DNA from: Chloroflexota bacterium
Lineage (GTDB): Bacteria > Chloroflexota > Limnocylindria > Limnocylindrales > CSP1-4
NCBI GenBank assembly: GCA_021802585.1
Contig: JAJZRQ010000007.1
Coordinates: 1 to 63,356 of the forward strand
Length of the DNA: 63,356 bases
Direction: 5' to 3'
Shown here: piece after piece, positions 39,276 through 47,861 of the stretch
Layout: every line of letters begins with the position of its first letter
Numbering within the stretch: position 1 is the stretch's first letter
Notes under the pieces: model-generated
Seen by the model: only the letters and a program-made list of their open reading frames with translations
Databases searched by the model: none
Told to the model about the DNA's origin: nothing
Program-made: the position numbers and the translations under genes

Positions 39276-39315
39276 TTGACACGCGGGGCCGCGGCGTGGA
39301 TGCTTGACGCGTCAA
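39276..39315 (+). promoter_or_regulatory. Sigma70-like promoter with an overlapping palindromic operator
   Basis: TTGACA (39276)-N17-GATGCT (39299), then the perfect palindrome TTGACGCGTCAA (39304-39315). Confidence 0.6.
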
Positions 39316-39474
39316 CGACGCAGCCGCGCAGGGTCCGAGCACCCAACGCCACGCTCCCCGCGCGCGCGCCGCCTCATCGGTCGCCCCGGCACCACGGACG
39401 CCGGCCGCGCGATCGCACACGGATCGAGGCGCGCCCGCACCGCGGGCCCGCCCAGGAAAGGCTTCCACCACACG

Positions 39475-39684
39475 ATGATGTCCAGGAACTCCCCGGCGCG
39501 GCGGCTCTTCGCGCCCCTCGCGGTGGCCGCGCGCTCCGCCGACGCCCGCCGGCTGCGCCGCCGCCACCACGCCGACGCGCGGCTCTACTGCGGCACGAAC
39601 GGCTGTCCCACCACCCTCCGGCTCGACGCCCGCACCGGCGTCGCCACCTGCCCGATCTGCGGGTTCCGCCGCCGGCTCTCCTGA
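39475..39684 (+). CDS. 69-aa Arg-rich zinc-ribbon protein
   Basis: AGGAAAGG upstream. Sequence MMSRNSPARRLF...RRLRRRHH...YCGTNGCPTTL...TCPICGFRRRLS has a Cx4C...CxxC motif and GC3-rich codons. Confidence 0.7.
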   Translation: MMSRNSPARRLFAPLAVAARSADARRLRRRHHADARLYCGTNGCPTTLRLDARTGVATCPICGFRRRLS

Positions 39685-39814
39685 CCCGGCGCCCGCGCAG
39701 GGAACCCGGCGTCGCCGCCGGGCGTGACACCGCCGCGCCGCGGCCGCCACGGCGCCCGGTGGATGGACCGTGGATAACCCGGCGCCGAACGGCGAATCTC
39801 GTGGACGGCGCCCC

Positions 39815-39843
39815 TTGCCCTCGGGCACCCGAACGGCGATCAT
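39815..39843 (+). promoter_or_regulatory. Putative promoter of the multi-hairpin RNA
   Basis: TTGCCC-N17-GATCAT, placing +1 near 39850, the first base before the closing stem. Confidence 0.55.
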
Positions 39844-39850
39844 CCCCTCA

Positions 39851-40112
39851 GCCCGAAGGGGCCGTGATGAACGGACCGTGGTGCCGCCGCAAGGCGGCCG
39901 GGTTCCACCGCAAGGGGAGCCGGGCCCTCCGTCAGGGGGGCCGCCCTTCCGCAAGGGAGGCGTCGCGATCCGCCGGTCGCACCGGGGCCGAAAGGCGCCG
40001 GACCCGCTCGCGAGAGCGGGAGGTGTTCCGCAAGGAGCGCCACAGCTGCCCGCAAGGGTGGCGAGTCCCTCGCAAGGGGGGCGCAGCGATCGGATCGGCG
40101 GTCCCTTCGGGC
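39851..40112 (+). ncRNA. Putative novel structured ncRNA with nine GNNA-loop hairpins inside a closing stem
   Basis: 39851-39864 pairs with 40099-40112. Loops: GCAA at 39889, 39910, 39951, 40030, 40052 and 40072; GTCA 39931; GAAA 39990; GCGA 40010. Many G-U pairs work only on the + strand. Confidence 0.75.
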
Positions 40113-40217
40113 GCTTTCGTGCCCTGCGCCAGGGGGCTCGCGCCGTCCCGGTTGTAGACTCGGCGGCGACGCCCTCGCGCCGCGCCCGGCGCGCCCGTTC
40201 CCGCCGTCGAGGAGCCC

Positions 40218-41063
40218 GTGTCCGACGCGCCCCCGCCCGCCGAGACCGCGATCCGCCTCGCCGGCCTGCGCTTCGCCTTCCCCGTCGACGGACGGAGGGT
40301 CGAGGTGCTCGGCGGCGTCGACCTCGCCGTCGAGCGCCGCTCGGTCGTCGCGCTCGTCGGGCCGAACGGATGCGGCAAGAGCACGCTCCTCCGCGTCGTC
40401 GCCGGGCTGCTCCGCGCCGCCGGCACCGTGGAGGTCGAGGGCCGCCGGGTCGCCGGCCCCGACCCGCGGGTCGGGCTCGTCTTCCAGGAGCCGCGGCTCC
40501 TCCCGTGGCGGACCGCCCTCGCCAACGTCGCGTTCCCGCTCGAGGTCGCCGGGCGGGGCCGCACCGAGCGGGAGGACCGGGCGCGCGAGCTCCTCGGGCT
40601 CGTCGGCCTCCGCGAGTGGGCCGGGGCGCGGCCGGCCGAGCTGTCGGGCGGGATGCGCCAGCGCCTCGCGATCGCGCGGGCCCTCGCCCTCGAGCCGTCG
40701 GTGCTCCTCCTCGACGAGCCGTTCAGCGCCCTCGACGCGCTCACGCGGGAGCGCTTCAACGTCGAGATCCTCCGCCTCTGGGAACGGATCGGCAGCACGA
40801 TCGTCCTCGTCACCCACAGCATCCCCGAGGCGATCTTCCTCGCCGACCGGGTGATCGTCCTGTCGCCGCGGCCGGCGACCGTGGCCGCCGACGTCCTCGT
40901 CGACCTGCCGCGGCCCCGTCGCCTCGCCGACCTCGACGCGGCCGTCGTGACGCGGACGGCGGCCGCGATCCGGGCCCACCTCGCGGGCGCGACCGACGAC
41001 GCCTATGCGGTCGCCGCCGGTGAGGTCGGGCGTCACGAGGCGCTCGAGGAGGCGCCGCGGTGA
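40218..41063 (+). CDS. NitT/TauT-type ABC ATPase, probable riboflavin uptake
   Basis: GPNGCGKST, VFQEPRLLPWRT, LSGGMRQR, LLLDEPFSALDA.TR, VTHSI.EA. Confidence 0.92.
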   Translation: MSDAPPPAETAIRLAGLRFAFPVDGRRVEVLGGVDLAVERRSVVALVGPNGCGKSTLLRVVAGLLRAAGTVEVEGRRVAGPDPRVGLVFQEPRLLPWRTALANVAFPLEVAGRGRTEREDRARELLGLVGLREWAGARPAELSGGMRQRLAIARALALEPSVLLLDEPFSALDALTRERFNVEILRLWERIGSTIVLVTHSIPEAIFLADRVIVLSPRPATVAADVLVDLPRPRRLADLDAAVVTRTAAAIRAHLAGATDDAYAVAAGEVGRHEALEEAPR

Positions 41064-41815
41064 CCGTGCTCCGGGGGCGGGTCCTGCCCCCGCTCATCGC
41101 GTTCGTCGGCTTCCTCGCGACGTGGCAGGCGATCGTCTGGATCGGCGGCTACCCGACGTTCATCCTGCCCGGCCCGCTCGTGGTCGCCGAGCGCTTCGTC
41201 CAGGCGTGGGCCGACGGGACGTTCTGGCCGCACCTCACGACGACGCTCGCCGAGATCGCCGTGGGGTTCACGGCGGGAGCGGCGGCGGCCCTCCCGACGG
41301 GGTATGTCCTCGCCCGCTCGCGGCTGGCGGACCGGGTCGTCTCCCCGTACCTCGTGGCCGCCCAGGCGGTGCCGATCCTCGCCCTCGCCCCGCTCATCGC
41401 CCTCTGGTTCGGGACCGGCCTCCTCGCCCGGGCGATCATCGTCGCCCTCGTCGTCTTCTTTCCGGTCGCGATCAGCGCGATGGTCGCCGTCCGCGGGATC
41501 GACCGCCGCCTCCTCGAGATGGCGCGGAGCTACCGGGTGACCCGCCGCCAGCGGATCTCCATGGTCGAGATCCCGGCGGCCCTTCCCGGGATCATCGGTG
41601 GCCTCCGGATCGGCATCACCCTCGCGGTCGTCGGGGCGATCGTCGCCGAGTGGACGGGGGGCGAGCACGGGCTCGGCGTCCTCATCAACCTGGCCCGGGG
41701 CAGCCTCTTCGACATCCCGCTCCTGTTCGCGACGCTCGTCCTCATCGCGATCGTCGGGATCGTCCTCTACGGGAGCGTCCTCCTCGTCGAGCGCTGGGTC
41801 GTCGCCCGCTCCTGA
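41060..41815 (+). CDS. NitT/TauT-type ABC permease (RibX-like)
   Basis: FILP.P..V, Q..PILALAPL...WFG.G, FFP, P.ALP.I..GL, GAIVAEW, GLG.LI. Confidence 0.9.
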   Translation: MTVLRGRVLPPLIAFVGFLATWQAIVWIGGYPTFILPGPLVVAERFVQAWADGTFWPHLTTTLAEIAVGFTAGAAAALPTGYVLARSRLADRVVSPYLVAAQAVPILALAPLIALWFGTGLLARAIIVALVVFFPVAISAMVAVRGIDRRLLEMARSYRVTRRQRISMVEIPAALPGIIGGLRIGITLAVVGAIVAEWTGGEHGLGVLINLARGSLFDIPLLFATLVLIAIVGIVLYGSVLLVERWVVARS

Positions 41816-41911
41816 TCCCCCTCCCCGCGGGCGCCACGCCGCGCAGGCACGCGCGACACCCCGCGGCGCGCCTCGCGGGCGTCACCGGGGACCCGGTGCT
41901 ACGATCGCGGC

Positions 41912-42064
41912 GCCTTCGGGGCAGGGTGCAATCCCCGACCGGTGGTAGCGCCCCCAGGGGCGAGCCCACGAGCGCACGTCGCCCGCGCGACGGCGCAGAC
42001 CCGAGCGCGATCGCCCGCGATCGCGACAGCGGGGCCGACGGTCACAGTCCGGATGGAAGAAGGC
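41912..42064 (+). promoter_or_regulatory. FMN riboswitch (RFN element)
   Basis: CTTCGGGGCAGGGTGCAATCCCCGACCGGTGGT...AGCCCACGA...GCCGACGGTCACAGTCCGGATGGAAGAAG matches the RFN consensus. TACGAT -10 at 41900. Confidence 0.95.
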
Positions 42065-42135
42065 CGCCGCGCGTCCCCGGACGTGCGAGCGTGTCGTGTC
42101 GCCCCGGAGCCGAGCTGCGACAACGGGAGGCACGC

Positions 42136-43251
42136 GTGACCACTTCGACGACCCCCTGGCCCGCCGCGCGGCGGCGCCCCCGCCACGGCCGGCTGGGCCT
42201 GCTCCTCGGCGCGATCGCAATCCTCGGCGCCGCGTGCGGCGGGGGCGCGTCCCCGACGCCGGTTCCGACCGCATCACCCGGCGGCACGCCGGCCTCGCCG
42301 ACTCCGTCCGCCTCGCCCGCCCCCACTCCCGCGGCCGTCCGGCTCACGATCGGGCTCGGCTACATCCCAAGCGTCCAGTTCGCGCCGTTCTACCTCGCCG
42401 ACCAGGCCGGCTACTACCGCGACGCCGGCCTCGAGGTGAGCTTCGAGAACAAGATCGACCCCGAGCTCGTCACGCTCGTCGGGCAGGGCGCGATCGACGT
42501 CGGGATGGCCGACGGGACGAGCGTCATCCCGGCGGTGAGCCAGGGGATCCCCGTCCGCTACGTGTTCAGCGTCTACGCGACGTTCCCGAGCATCGTCTTC
42601 GCCAAGGCCTCGTCGGGGATCTCCGGGCCCGCCGACCTGCGGGGGAAGAAGATCGGGATCCCGGGCAAGTACGGGTCGTCCTGGATCCAGCTCCAGGCGC
42701 TCCTCGCCGGGGTCGGGATGACGACGAACGACGTCGACGTCGTGACGTTCCCGGACTACGGCCAGCTCGCCGCGCTCGAGAAGGGCGTCGTGGACGCCGC
42801 GACGGGCTTCGTGAACAACGAGCCGGTCCAGCTGGAGCTCGCGGGGACGCCCGTCGTCGTCCTCGCCCTCCCGGCCGACGCCCAGCTCCCCGGGAACGGC
42901 CTCATCGTCGGGCAGGCCGCCCTCGACGGCCCGAAGGCCGACGCGATCCGCTCCTTCGTCGCGGCGACGCGCCGGGCGATGGAGGAGATCACCGCCGACC
43001 CGCAGAAGGGCCTCGACGCGGCGATCGCCCGGATCCCCGAGCTGGCGGGCGACCGCCCGATGCAGCTCGCGGTGCTCCAGGCCACGATCGCGACGTGGCA
43101 GAGCGCGTACACGCGAGCCCACGGGACGGGCGCCGTCGACCCGGCCGAGTGGGAGCGCTCGATCGCGTTCATGAGCGGACTCCCCGACTCGCCCGTGGCG
43201 AAGCCCGTCAGTGCCGCCGACTGCATCGACGCGACGTTCGCGGCCCCGTAG
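42136..43251 (+). CDS. NMT1/THI5-like ABC substrate-binding lipoprotein, riboflavin-binding (RibY-like)
   Basis: GGGAGG then GTG 42136, lipobox AAC, GLGYIPSVQFAPFY.A...GYY...GL.V, DL.GKKIGIPG..GSS, NNEP. Directly under an FMN riboswitch. Confidence 0.9.
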   Translation: MTTSTTPWPAARRRPRHGRLGLLLGAIAILGAACGGGASPTPVPTASPGGTPASPTPSASPAPTPAAVRLTIGLGYIPSVQFAPFYLADQAGYYRDAGLEVSFENKIDPELVTLVGQGAIDVGMADGTSVIPAVSQGIPVRYVFSVYATFPSIVFAKASSGISGPADLRGKKIGIPGKYGSSWIQLQALLAGVGMTTNDVDVVTFPDYGQLAALEKGVVDAATGFVNNEPVQLELAGTPVVVLALPADAQLPGNGLIVGQAALDGPKADAIRSFVAATRRAMEEITADPQKGLDAAIARIPELAGDRPMQLAVLQATIATWQSAYTRAHGTGAVDPAEWERSIAFMSGLPDSPVAKPVSAADCIDATFAAP

Positions 43252-43380
43252 GACGCCGGGTCCGAGCGGCCCGACGGGCGGTTGGCGCTCCGCGAGCTGC
43301 CAGCGGGAGGGCGCCCGGGAATCGCGAGGCCGACGCGGGCGCCCGGGGGCGTCCGCGCCGGCCGTGGGAGCGGGGCGCGG

Positions 43381-43944
43381 CTAGGCGGACGCGGCGCCGA
43401 CCGGCTCCGCGGCGGCGACGGGAGCGACCTCGTCGGCCGCCACCTCGAGCTCGATCGCGACGTCGTCGGAGACGAGCCACCCGCCCGCCTCGAGCCCGAC
43501 GTTCCACGTCAGGCCCCAGTCGGAGCGCCGGATCTTCGTCGTGGCCTCGAAGCCGGCGTGGCGGCGCCCGTCCATCCCCTTGACGATCCCGAGGGCCTCG
43601 GTGTCGAGGACGACCGGGCGGGTCACGCCGCGGACCGTGAGGTCACCGGTGATCGCCCAGCGGTCGCCGCGGCGCTCGATCGAGGTGCTCCGGAAGGCGA
43701 GCGTCGGGTACGTCTCGGCGTCGAGGAAGTCGGCCGAGCGGAGGTGGTTGTCGCGCGGCTCCATCCCCGTCGCGACGGTCGCGGCGGGGATCGTCACCTC
43801 GACCGAGGACCGCGCCGGGTCGGCCTCGTCGTAGGCGATCGTGCCGCCGACGCTGGTGAAGATGCCGCGCACCTTCGTGATCATCATGTGCTTGGCGGTG
43901 AAGCTCACGACCGTGTGGGCCGGATCGAGCTGCCATGTGCTCAT
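43381..43944 (-). CDS. YceI-family polyisoprenoid-binding protein
   Basis: W.LDP.H..V.F..KHMM..VRG.F, RD.HLRSADF.D...YP...F.ST, GDLT.RGVT.PV, R.DWGLTWN. Confidence 0.95.
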   Translation of the reverse strand: MSTWQLDPAHTVVSFTAKHMMITKVRGIFTSVGGTIAYDEADPARSSVEVTIPAATVATGMEPRDNHLRSADFLDAETYPTLAFRSTSIERRGDRWAITGDLTVRGVTRPVVLDTEALGIVKGMDGRRHAGFEATTKIRRSDWGLTWNVGLEAGGWLVSDDVAIELEVAADEVAPVAAAEPVGAASA

Positions 43945-44006
43945 CGGGGGTCCCTGCTCCTGTGCGTGTCGCGGAGTCCTGCGCCGCCACAGCGGCCGGC
44001 TCTCGG

Positions 44007-44052
44007 TAGTTGACGGTGCAACTATATCGCGCCATAGTTGCACGTGCAACAA
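44007..44052. promoter_or_regulatory. Two MarR-type operator palindromes between yceI and marR
   Basis: TAGTTGACGGTGCAACTA (44007) and TAGTTGCACGTGCAACAA (44035). Confidence 0.8.
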
Positions 44053-44110
44053 CCCCTTCGCGCGGGCGCTATCATCCGGATCGGCGAACCCCGCACGGAC
44101 CTGGAGACCG

Positions 44111-44677
44111 ATGACCGAGACCACGACGCGTCCCCGCGACGAGGCGCGGCCGGCCGCGGCCGCGACCCACGTGGCCGCGCCTCGCCCGGACGATCCGCGC
44201 CTGCGCGCATGGGTCGCCTTCCTGCGGGCCCACGCGGCGGTGAGCCGCCGCCTCGAGGCCGAGCTCGCTGCGGAGCGCGGGCTGTCCCTCGCCGAGTACG
44301 ACGCGCTCGTCCAGCTCGCGGTCGCCGACGACCGGCGGCTCCGGATGAGCGAGCTCGCCGACCGGGTCGTCCTCTCGCGGAGCGGCATCTCCCGGCTCGT
44401 CGACCGGCTCGTCGCCGACGGGCTCGTCACCCGCCGTGCCTGCCCGAACGACGCGCGGGGCTCGTGGGCGGAGCTGACCCCGGCCGGCATCGACCGCCTC
44501 CGCGATGCCGCCCCCGTCCACCTCCGGGGCGTGGAGGCCCACTTCCTCGCCCACATCGCCGAGGGGGACCGCGACGCCCTGGCGCGCTCCCTGGAGGCCG
44601 TCCTCGCCGGCCTCGCGGCGGCCGCCGACGAGCTGCCGCCGGCGTGCACCACGGTCGCCGAGGCCCTCGAGCCCTGA
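44111..44677 (+). CDS. MarR-family regulator
   Basis: AW..FLRAH, GLSL.EYD.L..L, LRMSELAD.V.LSRSG.SRLVDRL...GLV.R....D.RG....LT..G. Confidence 0.93.
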   Translation: MTETTTRPRDEARPAAAATHVAAPRPDDPRLRAWVAFLRAHAAVSRRLEAELAAERGLSLAEYDALVQLAVADDRRLRMSELADRVVLSRSGISRLVDRLVADGLVTRRACPNDARGSWAELTPAGIDRLRDAAPVHLRGVEAHFLAHIAEGDRDALARSLEAVLAGLAAAADELPPACTTVAEALEP

Positions 44678-45435
44678 CCCGACCCGCGGGCACCCTCCGG
44701 ACCGGGACGAGCGGGTTCGCCTATCCGGCCTGGGCGCCCGCGTTCTACCCGCCGGGCACGCGCCCCGCGGACCTCCTCTCGGCCTACGGCGCCCGCCTCT
44801 CCGCGGTCGAGCTCAGCGCGACGTTCTACCGCCACCCGACCGCCGCCCAGGTCGCCGCGTGGGCGGGGCGCGTCCCGCCATCGTTCCGGTTCGCCGTCAA
44901 GCTGCTCCGCAGCGGCTCCCTCCGCGCGTTCGCGACGGATCCGGCAGGCACCGTCCCCTGGCTCGCGGCGCCGCTCGCCGCGTTTGGCGACCGGCTCGGC
45001 GTCGCGCTCTTCCGGATCCCCGGCGACCGGCCCCGCGACGACGCCCGCCTGACCGGCCTCCTCGCCGCGTGGCCGCCGGGGGTCCCGCTCGCCGTCGAGG
45101 CCCAGGATCCCTCGTGGCAGGTCGACGAGACGCACGCGCGGCTCCGCGGGGCCGGCGCTGTCCTCGTCGTCACCGAGACGGACGAGGCGCCGGAGCCGCC
45201 GCTCACGCTCACCGGCCCGTTCGTCTACCTCCGCCTCCGGCGGACGCTCTACGGGACGGCCGACCTCGACGCCTGGGCGGCCCGCCTCGAGCCGTTCCTC
45301 GCAGACGGCCGTGACGCGTTCGTCTTCTTCAGGCACGATGAGCGCGGCACGAGCGCGCGGCACGCGCTGGACCTCGCCGCGCGGCTGCCGCAGTTCGCCC
45401 CGGCGGAGGCGCACGGGCGGGGAGGCGCGCGATGA
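44674..45435 (+). CDS. DUF72 (YecE-like) protein
   Basis: GTSGF.Y..W...FYP, L..Y...L.AVEL..TFY..P, F.FAVK, YLRLRR..Y....L..W, FVFFRH. Start uncertain (CTG 44674 or GTG 44644). Confidence 0.88.
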   Translation: MTRPAGTLRTGTSGFAYPAWAPAFYPPGTRPADLLSAYGARLSAVELSATFYRHPTAAQVAAWAGRVPPSFRFAVKLLRSGSLRAFATDPAGTVPWLAAPLAAFGDRLGVALFRIPGDRPRDDARLTGLLAAWPPGVPLAVEAQDPSWQVDETHARLRGAGAVLVVTETDEAPEPPLTLTGPFVYLRLRRTLYGTADLDAWAARLEPFLADGRDAFVFFRHDERGTSARHALDLAARLPQFAPAEAHGRGGAR

Positions 45436-46454
45436 CGGAGCGAGTCCGGATCGGGCTCGTCGGGGCCGGCGGGATCGCCCGGGCGCGGCACGTCCCGGGG
45501 TTCCGGGCACTCCCCGGCGTCGAGCTCGCGGGCGTCGTGAACCGGAGCCCGGCGTCCACCGAGCGGGCCGCAGCCGAGCTCGGGATCCCCCGACGGTATC
45601 CGTCGTGGGAGGCGCTCGTCGCGGACCCCGCGATCGACGCCGTCGTCGTCGCGGCATGGCCGTACCTCCACGCCCCGGTCGCGATCGCGGCGCTCGGGGC
45701 CGGCAAGCACGTCCTCGTGGAGGGCCGGATGGCGATGGACGCCGGCGAGGCCCGGGCGATGCTCGCCGCATCCGCCGCCCGCCCCGACCGCGTCGCGATG
45801 CTCGTGCCGGCACCGTTCGGCTTCGCCGACGCGACGATCCGGCGGCTGCTCGCCGAGGGGATGCTCGGTGAGTTGCGGGTCGGGCGGGCCGCCTGGGCCG
45901 GGGGCATCGCCCCGACCGGGCGGGACCAGTGGCGGCGGGAGCGCCGCCACTCCGGCAACAACGTCATGACCCTCGGGATCCTCTACGAGACCGTCGCCCG
46001 CTGGCTCGGGCATGCGACGGCCGTGGGCGCCTCGCTCCGGACCTTCGCGACGACGCAGCCCGGCCCCGACGGGGAGCCCGTCGTGGCGGACATCCCGGAC
46101 GTCGCCGTCGTCGTCGCCTCGTTCCCCGGTGACGTCGTCGTCACGTTCGAGGTCGCCGGCTACGGGCGGCCCGACCCGGTGAACGGGGCGACGCTCGTCG
46201 GCACCGGCGGCGTCCTGCGGGCCGACTTCGCCGGCTCGCGCCTCGAATTCGCCGCGGCCGGGGCACCGGGGTTCGCCGAGGTGGAGGTCCCGGCGGGCGA
46301 GCGCTGGAGCTGGCGGGTCGAGGCCGAGTTCGTCGGCGCGATCCGGGGCGAGGAGCCGGTCCGCCTCACCGACTTCGCCACGGGCGTCCGGTACATGGCC
46401 TTCACCGACGCGGTCCACGAGGCGGCCCGGACGGGCTGCCAGGTCGCCCTCTGA
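45432..46454 (+). CDS. Gfo/Idh/MocA-family oxidoreductase
   Basis: RIGLVGAGGIAR.RH.P, DP.IDAV, H......AL.AGKHVLVE. Confidence 0.9.
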   Translation: MTERVRIGLVGAGGIARARHVPGFRALPGVELAGVVNRSPASTERAAAELGIPRRYPSWEALVADPAIDAVVVAAWPYLHAPVAIAALGAGKHVLVEGRMAMDAGEARAMLAASAARPDRVAMLVPAPFGFADATIRRLLAEGMLGELRVGRAAWAGGIAPTGRDQWRRERRHSGNNVMTLGILYETVARWLGHATAVGASLRTFATTQPGPDGEPVVADIPDVAVVVASFPGDVVVTFEVAGYGRPDPVNGATLVGTGGVLRADFAGSRLEFAAAGAPGFAEVEVPAGERWSWRVEAEFVGAIRGEEPVRLTDFATGVRYMAFTDAVHEAARTGCQVAL

Positions 46455-46466
46455 GCGGGCGCGGCG

Positions 46467-47786
46467 ATGAGCACCCTCCCCCCGCAGCGTCGCGGCCGCG
46501 TGCCGCGCGGGCCGGGCCCAGCGGTCGCCGTCGCGGCCGCGGTCGTCGCCCTCGGCGCGGCCGCCTGCGGCATCGGACCCTCGCCGGCCGGGGAGACGCC
46601 GCCCGCCCTGACGCCGACGCCGGCGAGGACGCAGGCCGGCCTCCCCTCCCCCGCCCCGCCGACCCCGGCCCCCGCGTCGCCGTCCGTCCCGCCGGCCCCG
46701 GCCGTCCCCCTCGGCTCGATCGGGCTCGACGTCGTCGTCGAGGGCCTCGACGCTCCGCTCTGGGCGAGCGGCGCCGGCGACGGGAGCGGCCGCCTGTTCG
46801 TCCTGGAGCAGGCGGGGCGGATCCGCGCCGTGCGCGACGGCGCGCTCGTCCCCGAGCCGTACATCGACCTCGGCGGGGAGATCGCCTCGGGCGGGGAGCG
46901 CGGGCTCCTCGGCCTCGCCTTCTCGCCCACGTTCGCCCGGGACGGGCTCCTCTACGTCGACTACACGGACCGCGACGGGAACACCGTCGTCAGCGAGCTC
47001 CGCGCGCCCGACCCGGCGGCCGACCGGGCCGACCCCGCGAGCGAGCGCGTCGTGCTCCGGATCGACCAGCCGTACCCGAACCACAACGGCGGGGCCCTCG
47101 CGTTCGGGCCGGACGGGCTCCTCTGGATCGCGACCGGCGACGGCGGCTCCGCCGGTGACCCACAGGGCAACGGCCAGCGCCTCGACACCCTCCTCGGGAA
47201 GCTCCTCCGGATCGACCCGCGGCCCGCCGACGGCAGGCCGTACCGCATCCCCGCCGACAACCCGTTCGTGGGGCGGGCGGGCGCTCGTGCCGAGATCTGG
47301 GCGTCCGGCCTTCGCAACCCCTGGCGGTTCTCATTCGACCGGGCGACCGGCGACCTCTGGATCGGCGACGTCGGCCAGGGCACGATGGAGGAGGTCGACC
47401 GCTGGCCGGCCGGCTCGCCGGCGGGCCCGGACTTCGGATGGAACCGGATGGAGGGGACGCTCTGCTTCTCCCCGGCGACGGGCTGCGCGACGGCGGGCCT
47501 CGTCCTCCCCGTCGCCGTGTACCGTCACGACGAGGGCTGTGCCGTCACCGGCGGGTACGTCTACCGCGGGACCGCCCTCCCCGGGCTCGCCGGGACGTAC
47601 CTCTACGCCGACTACTGCTCGGGGACGATCTGGGGCCTCGACGCGGCGGCCGCGACCCCGGCCCCGCGCGTCCTGCGGCCGGCCGACCTCCGGATCGCGT
47701 CGTTCGGCGAGGGGGACGACGGCGAGCTCTACATCGTCGACCTCGCGGGGGGCCGCGTCCTGCGGGTCGTCGCGCCCGCCACCTGA
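46467..47786 (+). CDS. PQQ-dependent glucose/sorbosone dehydrogenase-family lipoprotein
   Basis: Lipobox AAC, RLFV.EQ.G.I, GERGLLGLAF.P, NHNGG.L.FGPDG, GK.LRID, GLRNPWRFSFD, GGYVYRG. Confidence 0.92.
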   Translation: MSTLPPQRRGRVPRGPGPAVAVAAAVVALGAAACGIGPSPAGETPPALTPTPARTQAGLPSPAPPTPAPASPSVPPAPAVPLGSIGLDVVVEGLDAPLWASGAGDGSGRLFVLEQAGRIRAVRDGALVPEPYIDLGGEIASGGERGLLGLAFSPTFARDGLLYVDYTDRDGNTVVSELRAPDPAADRADPASERVVLRIDQPYPNHNGGALAFGPDGLLWIATGDGGSAGDPQGNGQRLDTLLGKLLRIDPRPADGRPYRIPADNPFVGRAGARAEIWASGLRNPWRFSFDRATGDLWIGDVGQGTMEEVDRWPAGSPAGPDFGWNRMEGTLCFSPATGCATAGLVLPVAVYRHDEGCAVTGGYVYRGTALPGLAGTYLYADYCSGTIWGLDAAAATPAPRVLRPADLRIASFGEGDDGELYIVDLAGGRVLRVVAPAT

Positions 47787-47861
47787 GGGCGGCGCGGGGC
47801 CCGTCGCGCGGCGCGGGGGCCCCGCCGAGGCGTGTCCCCGGGCGCGGGAGCCGGCCGCCGG

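Noticed and set aside
39759-39810. DnaA-box-like GTGGA(T/C) motifs suggesting oriC
   Set aside because: Only one near-consensus box (TTATCCACG, minus strand 39769-39777), no AT-rich unwinding element and no dnaA/dnaN nearby. A regulatory DnaA site is not excluded.
39851-40112. Hairpin cluster as CRISPR, rRNA fragment, tRNA array, RNase P, tmRNA or SRP
   Set aside because: There are no identical repeats or spacers, no TTCGA T-loops or CCA ends, no GAGGAAAGTCC and no SRP GGAAG-CAGC motif. Similarity to rRNA is limited to the CCGCAAGG octamer.
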